From NCBI GenBank assembly GCA_047495785.1, contig JBLDXI010000032.1, forward strand, positions 1,674,001 through 1,738,000: a DNA stretch of 64,000 bases, given 5' to 3'. Source of the DNA: Lepidodermella squamata. Its lineage: Eukaryota > Animalia > Gastrotricha. The notes beneath the pieces were generated by a model that was not told the origin of the DNA, did not search any database, and was given only the letters and a program-made list of their open reading frames with translations. A program made the position numbers and the translations under genes. Numbering within the stretch: position 1 is the first letter of the stretch; each line of letters starts with the position of its first letter. Positions 33,301 to 43,919 of the stretch are shown one piece after another.

Positions 33301-36300
33301 GACATCCATCCTTCGTTGTTGGCAATTCTCTCATACTGACACTGAATACCGTCGCAATAATCTACCTCATCTGCAATAGAAATCGCACGCCAAATCCGCT
33401 CCAAATCCAAACAATAATTCCGACTCTTCAAGTCCCAACCGCCCCTCAACCGCCAGGATACGAAATACCGTCAATGGCCATCCCGCTCAACAAAGCCAAC
33501 GAAGCGGAACCAAAACCACAGCCGCGCATAAAGCGCTTCTGTTAGCTCAATTCCGGGCCCCCCTTAGTTTCGTGCGGCCCCCAACATTAATTGCGCAACC
33601 AGAGGGTAAAAACGGACTTGTGCGCAAACGTTAAGTCGAAGTTTTTAAAAAGTACAGGGCCGCGCGCGCTAATGTCAAAAGGGTAGTTTTTCTAATGTAG
33701 GCGGTCTTTATACCAAAATAAAGGTCAGACGATTCTCTATCGAATAGATATAGTGTCCTCGCGTGAAAAATTGATAGGAAATGGTTTTGCGCTCGCATTC
33801 GATTTTGCGCGCAAGTTGAGAGCACGCGCACTTCGTCTCAGAAATTTGGTGTGCGCGTAAAACTTTTTTATTTTAAATAATTCGCGCGAGAACCCCATAT
33901 TCAATCGATAGAGAATTGTCTGAATTATTTTTTGGTATGAAAACCGACGCGTTATTTGAAAGTAAGCCTTTAACATCTTCGCGCGCGGTATTAAATATGT
34001 TAAAAATCATGACTTGGCCAGCGCGCATTAGTCGCACTAAGTTAAATTATCAGAGTCATGACTTTTAACTAGTTGAGGACCGCGCGCGAGAATGTTAAAG
34101 GATTACTTTCAATTATTGCATCGGTTTTTATACTAAAAAGTAATTCAGACAATTCTCTATCGATTGAATATGGGGTTCTCGCGCGAATTATTTAAAATAA
34201 AAAAGTTTTACGCGCACCTTAGATTTTGCGCGCGGGGTGAGAGCGCGCGCACTCGCTACTCGAAAGTTAAGAGACACGTAAAACCTTTTCCCATTGATTT
34301 TTTCACGCGAGAATACCATATTCAATCGATAGAGAATCGTCTGATCTTTATTTTGATATAAAAACCGCTGGAAAAGTATAAACTTGCCTTTTGACATTAG
34401 CGCGCGCGGCCGTGAAATTTACGAAACCTTCGACTTGGCGTTCGCGCACAAGTCCACTTTTACCTTCTGATTGCGCAATTAATGTTGGGGGCCGCACGAA
34501 ACTAAGGGGGGCCCGGAATTGAGCCTTCTGTTATTGAAATCAAATACATCTGGAAATTTATTTATATATTCATCAGTGATCTTAATAATTGTCAAATTTC
34601 GCGTGATCATAACCGATTTTTTTTCTTTCCCTTCTTGCCGTTTACTCTGTTCGTTCTCTCGCTTTCCAGGAGTAAAGCCCCATTTCACCTGGTGAATGTG
34701 CTATTCGGACGCGCGACACGCAAGTCGAGCGCGATTGGTCCGTATACCAACCAATAAGCGGCCTGCGTGCCGCACTATAAATACCGAAATACAATAACAA
34801 TAAAATGAGGAGTTTTGGATCATTTCTGCCTGACTGTTATTTACTCTTTATATCAAACCCGTGTGGTATCCGTACCGTGCCGGATATTACACAATTCTGG
34901 CTAATTTCTACAAAAAGCAACATTTATAATGGTTGAATACTTTTGGACAACATTATAGTCCACTTTAAACTCGTTCATGGATAAATTTTCATTTTTGCTT
35001 TAAATTCAATAAGCTTTGGTTCTAGATGCCGTTTGGGTCGAGTTGTCGAGATGATATGAATAGTGGATAAAACATAGAAAATGCAATAATGTTGGTGCAA
35101 AAATGTCGATTAGTCAAAAATGTCTAATAGGTCAATTTGTCGCATTTTTTCAAGATGTCGTACACCTCATTTACAGTAAAATCTTAAAAAACACTTACTC
35201 CTACTCTGCAATTTGCAAACTCGGCGTAAACCAGATCATTGGAGCCGTCGAAAGACTTGAGCTGAAAACCGGGTAGAAACGATAAAAATTCGATTTTTCT
35301 TAACAATTTTTATCACTAATTACCTGGTATTCTTTGGTCGAATCACAGCCTGTAGCTAAAGCTCTGCAGCCAGCAAATAGATTAGTGTCCTTTGAAGCAC
35401 ATCTCATATATTTCTCTAAATTTAAAACCAAAATATTGAAGCTGAAAAATATCAATAATTTTTCAAGCTCACCGCAGTCATGAATAGTGCTGCATTTTCG
35501 CCGCAAAGTGTAAGCAGCATCGACGTAGCAATACGGGTAAGATTTCGAAGTCGGATTGCGACAAGCGCTGTGATGCCAACTCGCCTGAGGAAAGTCCAGT
35601 TCTTTAACATGACTCTGTAGCGTCCATTCAAAACACGGATCGCCATTGTCGGCTGTCCTCATCGAACCCTGGTAATCGTAGCCAGTCGGCGTGAATTTGC
35701 ACTCGTTCGACAGTTTTGTCACCGGTTTGCCGTCGCAGGCGGCATAGACGTAGAGGTTTGAAACTCCCAGTTCCAAAGTGTTGCCTCGCTTGAAGACTAC
35801 AGTAACACTATCAGCCATCGTCGTGAAAATTCGCCCGCTGCTGACTCCACAGTCACAAAATCTAATAAAAAACGAGTGAAAAATATCAAACAATCTTATG
35901 ACATAACTACTGAATTTTTTTGGGATTATTTAATTTTTCTGTATAATTAATTGTAAAATTCGCAAAATTTCGAAAATTCATTTTTCGGTCAATCAATAAT
36001 CAATTTTTCGAAAATTGGTTCCGCCAAAGTATTAGGACTAAAAATACGTAAAAACGCACCTTGCACTTGGCTTTTTTGAACCATTCTCTTCCCATATCTC
36101 GACGTAATTTTCACATTCTTGCACTGAAAAAAAACAATTGATTTCCGAAAAAATTCATCCAGTCGAATGAATCAACTCACTGCGGCAATCTGTTTTGCCA
36201 GAGAGCGGCCTAGTGTCGAAGCCAAACATCATGCCTGTACCCGGAGAATCCTTTCCACCGAATATAAAATGAAATAAATTGACGAAAAAAAGTATTTTTG

Positions 36301-37616
36301 AAGTTACGGTATTAAATTTCCAAGCGCAAGAAGTGCCGAGGATGCCATTCCCAGACGGCAGCGCGATGGATTGCGATTTGCAGCCAGGAACCCTCGTAAG
36401 CTGAGCCGATGTGCCACATTCGGCTATGTTCGAAATCAGGGTGGCACAATCAGTTGTTGCGTCGTAACCAGGGCGACACAGGCACCGCTGACAGTTCGCG
36501 ACTGGAACCCCGTTGTTGTTGCAATTACGAGTACAAGGACCTTTACATAACGGTAAAAAATGAATAAAAAATAGATAATCAATATTATCGATTTTACATT
36601 GGACGATTTCGCGTTCTAATTTAAGAGCGTCGAAATATGATATTTCAGTTCGAGAAGTTCCGATCGTATACAGGAAGGTTTTATCATTCGGGGTGATTGT
36701 GAATTGGCCGTTGATGCTGAAGTAGCTCCGGGGGTGGTGCATAACTGAACGGAAATCGTAAGGATACTCGGCGATATTATAAGGCATAGTCGTCGGAAGA
36801 GTGCTGTCATACTCTGGTACCAGCGTAGAACTTTGAGTATAAATTAAAAAATCATCATCATATTAAAAAATCTGATTATTATTAAGGTGGTATTTTTTTT
36901 TATCAAATAAGCCCTCCTAAAAATCTTACGTCATAGAGGTTTCATTTTTGATAGTGATGTAACTGCCCCGGTCGCTGCGTTGAATTTCGTTCGGCTATCA
37001 AATAATTTTTCGAAATTTATTTACAAAATGAATATTTTTTAATTATTAGCTAACCAGGCCGAGTGCATTGCCAATCAAACGCGCAACGTTCCATGTTGTC
37101 TAAAATGATTGATTCGATCTCAATCTAATTATTGAAGTAAAGAATGTCCTTACTCTAGGACATGATTGGCCAATAGTGATTGTTACACGACCAGGCGGCT
37201 GACTTGTCGCCAACGAGCAGGGTCTGTTTTGCGGAAAAATTAATTTTTACCTGCGAAGTTAGTTTTTGAATGCCTCATACCCAGTGTTACGCCTTTCGAA
37301 GACAATGCCAGGATTAGGCGTGCTCCAAACTTCTGAGAAAGTAGCACATGAGGCATCTGACCATAACTTCACAGCCCTCTGGATGAGCCGCAATTCGCTT
37401 TGCGTGAAATCGATCGAACCCACATCGGCGGTTTTCGGCGCGACATAATAGCTGATCGGACTTGCCCATCGTTGAGCTAATGCTGTTCGAACATCCTGAA
37501 AGGGTCAGTTTGAATTTTTCATAAATAAAAAAAAAACAAAAAATGTAGGCGCTGACCTGCGGTGCGAACGTTAAAACGAAGGTCAGCAGGACAATAGGGG
37601 AAAATAAAATTCGCAT
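30304..37616 (-). CDS. Astacin-like pseudoprotease B (tandem paralog of A, same architecture)
   Basis: MRILFSPIVLLTFVLTFAPQ start; WSDASCATFSE; ARLIGNALGL|PNEIQRSDRGSYITI; YDFRSVMHH; EGF CLCRPGYDA; kringle at ~35475-35705; CTLD at 30304-30760. A ~3.5-kb TE-filled intron lies at ~31690-35197. Confidence 0.8.
32200..32360 (+). mobile_element. hAT transposase C-terminal dimerization-domain remnant
   Basis: ANTSAEIERIFSTFGK matches the hATC consensus PATSxxxERxFSxxG. The surrounding sequence has stops. Confidence 0.55.
32800..33060 (+). mobile_element. MULE transposase C-terminal remnant
   Basis: KFDRVLLDKPRTDNCANAWH, then a frameshift, then LALHHPTVYKLV; matches the MULE RTNNxxExWH...HPxIWK motif. 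Confidence 0.6.
33545..34524. mobile_element. MULE/foldback-type MITE, 980 bp, almost entirely palindromic
   Basis: Perfect ~54-bp terminal inverted repeat GCTCAATTCCGGGCCCCCCTTAG..., imperfect arms to the centre, exact 9-bp TSD CTTCTGTTA (33536-33544 and 34525-34533). Confidence 0.9.
34697..34893 (+). mobile_element. Possible short LTR
   Basis: TGTG...CACA ends with CCAAT, TATAAAT and AATAAA in order. No partner LTR or convincing PPT seen. Confidence 0.3.
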
Positions 37617-37829
37617 TTTAAAATAACAGAAAAAAGTCTTCTAACGATTGAATTTGCGGCGAGGGAGCAAATTGCACTTCAAACATGACACACAAACACG
37701 CGTCAATTTAAAAATTGAGAACACGCGCCTGAAAATGTCACCTGTTACCTACAGCTTTCCCGCTATTTTTCCAATTAATTCTCACGCAGATCAAAAACGT
37801 TTTTCAAAAAAATTTCAATTTATTTCAAT

Positions 37830-39913
37830 TTACGATAACAATAACTTTTCAACAGTGTTGTAAGCCTCGACTCTAAATTGGTGGACTTCCTTCTGCCTAG
37901 CGTCATTTAGCAAATCAACAGCAGTTTTGCCATCTTCATCTCGATCTTCGATATTAGCCCCAGCTTCCAATAATCGCCGAGTCACGGCGTTTAACCCCAA
38001 CATAGCCGCTAACATCAAACAGGTCTTCCCATTCCGATCTCGGTGATGAATATTAGCCCCATGGGAAATTAACGCCGAAACAACGCTAACATCATCGTAA
38101 ATAGAAATAGCGTGATGCAAAGCTGTCCGGCCGATTTCGTCAACATCTTCAAGCCGAGCTCCGTTTTCGAGAAGTAATTCAACAATTTTCACATTTCGAC
38201 CCAAACATGCGGACATTAACACGCTGATTCCGATCGAACTTTTCTCGTTTACATCGGCGCCATTTGAAATTAGAAGAGCCGCAACTTCATCGAAATCTCC
38301 GCAAGTTCGAGCCGTGTGAAATAAAGCGCTTAAGCCATAGTTGTCCTTCTCATTAGCATCAGCGCCATATTTTAGCAGAATTTCAACAGATTTCAGGGAA
38401 TTTCTCGCGGCTGCTAACATGAAAGCAGTTTGGCCGTCTTTGCTTCGAAGTTTGAAATTCGCGCCATTTTCTAGCAAAATCTCGAGAGATTTGACGTAGT
38501 TCGAACTTGCGGCTTTAAACAGAGCAGTTTCATTGTTGTAGTCTTCCATCGCATCAATTTCAGCACCATTTTTCAGCAAAAGCCCAATAATTTCCGGAAA
38601 ATCGCCGTTTAAAGCTGCTTGGTTCAAAGCGCTGCTTCCAAATTTGCATCGATGATTAACATTTGCTCCGTTTAAAATTAAAATTGCAGCAATTTCATTG
38701 CTGCCAAGCATCATAGCCTTCATCAAAGCAGTTCCACCGTATTTATCAGGCAAATCGACCTTGGCTTCATTTTCGAGTAACATTTTCACAATTTCGAAGC
38801 AATTTCGCCGCGAAGCTTTCATTAAAGCCGTTTCGCCCTCGTTGTCTTGATCATTAATAGCCGATCGATAGGAAATTAATTTTCGAGCCATTTCAGGCAA
38901 TTTCAACCAAGCTGATAGCATTAAAGCCGTTCGATTGCCTTTATCTCGATCTTTGATATTCGCGCCATTTTTCATCAGATTTTCGACGATTTCTAAATAA
39001 TTCCGCCTAACAGCGACCAGCAGCGGAGATTTGCCCTTGCAATCTCTTAAATTAGGATTCGCGCCATTTTCCAGCAAAATCCTAACGGGTTCGACATGGT
39101 TCCGATTCGTGGCTGACATCAAAGCTGTTCGGTCGAATTTGTCCATCAAATTGAGCTCAGTGCCATTTTCAATCAAATATTTCAGGACTTTGCTCGATTG
39201 ATTTCTAGCGGCGACAATCAAAGCAGTTTGCTTGAAGTTGTTCCTCTCATCGATATTGATGCCCTTGGCCATTAATTCTTTCAACAATTCGAGATCGCCC
39301 GCCCCAACAGCTGCTAGTAAATGATCGATCAGAGGTCCATTCGAGTAGGGAATCAAACAAATCGCACAGGCGAAATTTTCCCGATCGATGGCAAGTTTCA
39401 GAGCTGTAACGCCGGATTCATCTTTGAAGTTGACTATTTTTCTCAGCTCTACGACGGCTTGATCTCTTGTTAAGTGATTCTTCCGCCGTTCAAGGTCTAA
39501 TTTAGCCTCGAGAATTTGCTCCATGAGCTTGGCATTGCCGCCGTAGCTAACTGCGTGTAAACATGTTATACTGCCCTTGAAAGGTACTTGTTCAACGTAT
39601 CTGCCATGCTTTTCTACTGAGTAAATCGTTTCGATCAATTCGTGGCCGTCGGGCGTTGATAGATAGCGAGTAACTTCGGCTTTATCGCCATTACAACAGG
39701 CACCGAAAAATCCCTGAAAAAATTTGGAAAATTGTTGGAGTTTTGCGGCAATTTTTTATTCGTGTTTACCCTTTGTCTACGTAGATACCGATGACGAGTT
39801 TTATGCCAATTTCGGGCTGCGTAAAAATTCTTCCAATAAGTTTCTGCGGAATATTCTTCAGATTCCAATGGCAGCATGGAATCGGGAACTTCAATATGGG
39901 CAGCCGATTCCAT
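37830..39913 (-). CDS. Ankyrin-repeat protein (~15 repeats)
   Basis: Exons 39913-39770 and 39713-37830 (56-nt intron, in frame). Serial GxTALMxA...LLENGA repeats; AATAAA just after the stop. Confidence 0.92.
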
Positions 39914-40128
39914 AGTAAATGCTTACTACATTGGGCCTAGATAGGTACTTTCTACGTTGTTAGCATTGACAAGTGACGAAATGTTTCGTGAGGACTGAAT
40001 AATTCATACGATTCATGCGATCAATAATTTTGCCAATTTACACAATCGATATTTTTCATCTCGCATATATGATATTCCAGAATCCAGAAAATATTGCTTA
40101 AAAATTTAATTTTTCGGTAAATATTACT

Positions 40129-40377
40129 ACAGCGTTCCCATAAGTAACGCTATAACAAAGAAAATACCTACAAGGAAAAAGCATAAGAAACTGCAAAATG
40201 AATAGTGAATTCATAGTGAATCTTAAGGCCTGAAAAATCATAGAAAAAAATCCGGAAAATTTAGTCAAGCCAGGTAAAATACCGAAAATTACCGAACTAG
40301 TTACCATCGGTGTTTTCCGGGTTTTCTCGGGATTTTAAACTCTTTGGTAAAATTTGGCGCATTGTGGGACAAACACT
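40129..40377. mobile_element. Degenerate Tc1/mariner-type MITE (same family as 44307-44579, opposite orientation)
   Basis: ta|cagcgttcccataag ... tgtgggaca; internal ccaggtaaaataccgaaaattaccgaa is the reverse complement of ~44448-44474. Confidence 0.55.
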
Positions 40378-40512
40378 ATTAAATAATAAACAAACATCAA
40401 GATCGTAAAAAAAATCTAAGAAATTATGTAGACAGTATAAAACTCGAATTTTGTAAGATGCAAAAAATCGAAAAATTGTAAATTTATTTTTCCGATATTA
40501 GCAGTATGAATT

Positions 40513-41127
40513 TCACCGTTCCATCATTTCAAGATTAGCTACAATTGCATCTGAGCATGGATAAACGTCCTCTTTCGGTATAACAAGCTTAGAATGGTCG
40601 TCCCCACGATTTTTCGATTCATCTTTCACGAAATCAGTAATGTCGTAGATTGCAACAATAACATCCTTGGATAATTTCGCAAGCGTTTCGCCTCGAATTC
40701 CGAGTTGAATAGCCCGTCGGCCTGTTGCTACTTTTTCGCCAATCGGCGTGTGGTCAGGGTCCCACTGTAGGCGAACATCGCCGTCGCCCTTTGTCTTCGC
40801 GTTGAGTAAAATTTCCTCGAAGCCACTTCGTTTCAGACGAAGAGCTAGGATTCGCTCTTGATTTTTCGACTGCGCCCAGTCGGCTCGGTACATCATCCAT
40901 AGAAAGTTGGTTTTGATCCACGTCATTCGACTTAGGCTGTAGCCGGCGGCTACAACTGAGTCGGAGTGGAAATTTCGAGCGTCCACTGCGGCTTTGGCGA
41001 TTTTTGGATTGTAGGCCTGGTATACAATGACTGTTTCGTCGTCGAATTGAGCTAGAATGTGCCGACCTGACCGTGGCCATCGAGAGGTTTGCTGAAGATA
41101 AGATTCAGTTACAAGTGGAAAAGTCAT
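40513..41127 (-). CDS. DUF4291 family protein, intronless
   Basis: ILAQFDDETVIVYQAY, RMTWIKTNFLWMMYR, QERILA, VRLQWDPDH and RRAIQLG are hallmark DUF4291 motifs. Confidence 0.85.
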   Translation of the reverse strand: MTFPLVTESYLQQTSRWPRSGRHILAQFDDETVIVYQAYNPKIAKAAVDARNFHSDSVVAAGYSLSRMTWIKTNFLWMMYRADWAQSKNQERILALRLKRSGFEEILLNAKTKGDGDVRLQWDPDHTPIGEKVATGRRAIQLGIRGETLAKLSKDVIVAIYDITDFVKDESKNRGDDHSKLVIPKEDVYPCSDAIVANLEMMER

Positions 41128-42690
41128 TTTTAACGAATGTTTCAGCGGTTATAATAGCAGTATTAGATCTTGATTTTTGAAATATATTCAGCAGTCATAA
41201 ATTAGATATATTTTAATTCATGAAAACAGAGATGCTTCGAGCAGCCCTATAGAAAACCGATGAATCAGCTTAGAAATGATGAAATATTACATGATGAATG
41301 AGCGGATGGAAGCTTTTTCGTAATCTGACTATAGCACAGCGTAAAGGTGAGATAAGGCTGAAATTAGCCAGAGTAAAATGAACTCAGCTATGAATATAAT
41401 AATAAGCATGAACAACTCGCAGCTATGAGCAAATATTTACTCCTCGCATGTGGCATATGGAGTTTGGAGTGGGCCTAATAGAATACGCGTGACCTTTTTA
41501 AATCTAACGGTTTTCCGCTCTGAGTCATCGGGTACGTGTTACCCGAAACCTCGCTGAACGTCCACACGATCGGAATAAAATGACTCGAGATCGCAAAACT
41601 GTTGTCATATATTTGAATTTTTCCGAGTCAACAACATGGAAAACCACTAAGACAACCTTAGCGGTTTCATTGAAGAAAGTTACGACTTGAGATGGCACCA
41701 CCAGGCGGAGAAGCGTGTGAGATGGAGTTTGAGCTATTATTGGACGAATAAGACGCGCTCAGGATCTACGCGTTCCGCTGGTACAACCGTACTCGCCGAT
41801 ATACACATGTCACACCCGCTGCGGGACGTCAAATTTCGTATGGCCGCCCAGATACCATTACCAGTGTAAACCTACGACAGCGAGTCAGACTCCGACAGTG
41901 ACCAAAGTTCGGATTTACCATGGACATACGAGCCAGAACAGCGACCAGAACGGTCCCCCCACTTAACTATACGACTCAAAAATCTATAATAAAATCTATA
42001 ATATGCAGTATCTATACAACCGATTCTTGGCTCTTCAATAAATTCAATAAATCTTGTCTGGTTTTTTTCCCATTTCAACGAACGTTTGGAATTTCGCTGG
42101 CCACGAGACGAGCAATCAAGTTTTACCTGCTACCAGCACAAGGAAACTCACCTCTTAAATGAAGATTATTTATAGACTGAAAAATGGATAATACTTATCT
42201 GAAAATTTCAAACTTTGAGATGCCATCTTTACTAAATCGGTCACGCATGAATTAAAGTTTCATCTTTTTACAAACTTCGTTTATTTCGTTCTTTTCTACC
42301 GTTAAAGTAAAGCCCTCTAAAAGCAGCGATTTAGGGGGAAACTTAGTTATTATAGATTTATTCGCAATTTGTTTATTTATTTCAGATTCATGCCGTGCTG
42401 ATAAAAAGCACCTGCAATGATACATCTCGTGATCAATGGCTCACGTGAAAAGTTGAAAGAAATAGATAAAAGGATACATTTTGGCTTGTTTTGTTCGCGT
42501 GAATCGTCGATTCTCAGCCTCGCAAAATGTTTTCAATGGCACAGAGTCTACCATCGCACCCGGCATGAATAAGCGCATTCATCGCATTTTATTTGTCACG
42601 CGATAGCATAAAGGTAAGCGGCGTTATTTTTCGTAAATTTTCTGCCTTAATTTAAAAATTACATCGCCCAGTAGCAAATACGAGGTAGAC

Positions 42691-43084
42691 ATGGCTAAAT
42701 TTCTCGGCCAACCCGGACCTGACGATGACGAAGTTGTGCCGCGATTCGATTTCGGCTTTCAAACTGCTCCACAGTAAATTTTGATACCTAATTTATTAAA
42801 AAATTTGATAAAATCTTGTTTTTATTAGAGACATTCCGGTGGCTAGTCTGGAGGTGGTTCTCGATGGAATGAAGCGTCAAGCAGCCATTAAGCCGGAGAA
42901 GACTTCAAAATCGATTGCCGAGTGAGTTGAAAATCAATGAAATCTTGAATTTTGACATGATTTCCTTGACAGGGTGATTCAATATGCAAAAGCGCATGCT
43001 AATGAAGACTACCTGTTGAGTCGAAAGGGTACCGGCTTGAAAAATCCGTTTACAACAGGCGGCAAAAAATGCTCCCTGAGCTGA
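42691..43084 (+). CDS. Heterotrimeric G-protein gamma subunit
   Basis: Exons 42691-42773, 42829-42921, 42973-43084: ...MKRQAAIKPEKTSKSIAEVIQYAKAHANEDYLL...KNPFTTGGKKCSLS*. GGL domain, NPF motif and CaaX box. Absent from the ORF track. Confidence 0.85.
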
Positions 43085-43919
43085 GCCTAAAATAAAAATT
43101 TCATCAACTCTGAAAATTTTGTTGGATGGAAAAAAATCGTAAAATATTAACCTGAATATTGATCATTTTAACCAATAAATTCTATATAATTGCAGCGGTT
43201 TACCTCTTTTTATTTTTTGAGTCACAATTTGATCCAACAAATGTGTTGTTCTGGACGACAATAATAATAAAGACAACAGACACGAGACGATAACAGCAGA
43301 GTGCATAGAAGAATAGACATTGAAGAAGAAGAGAAACAGCAGATAGTGTTTTCAGCATTACATTTTTACTCAACTGCGTCAATTTATACACAAAAGGCAG
43401 TAATAAATATTTCGCCAATATTTCATCGCGGTTTAAATAATGCGAAAAATCGATGAGGCAAATCGAACCTCATCAATTAAGTAATAAATAGTATTAGCAT
43501 TTCGATTGCTCGTCCTTCAGCACGCCATTTTATTTGAACTGAAATTTTCGATTCAGATAGAAAAAATTGAAACTCTCATCTCGTTTGAGAGTCACGAAAA
43601 ATAGGTATGAAAAACGGTGATTTTTTGAATTTTTTTCCAAACACATGAGCGCGTGAGAAAGGGCGCATTTATACATGACGCTCGACTTGATCTTAATATT
43701 TAGGGACATTTTGGTTGTTATATAAAAAAATAATCAACAGTGTGCGCAGTTTTTGTTCTTGATTTTTGAGGACTTTCATTTCGGGAGGTAAATCATTAGC
43801 ATGATGTTCAGGGTGATTAATAAAATATATATTATAATCATCAGGTATCGAAAAATTTGCGGCTAGTGAGGAAGAGGTTATATCATAATTATATTGGTTA
43901 AATAATTTTTTAATTGAAG

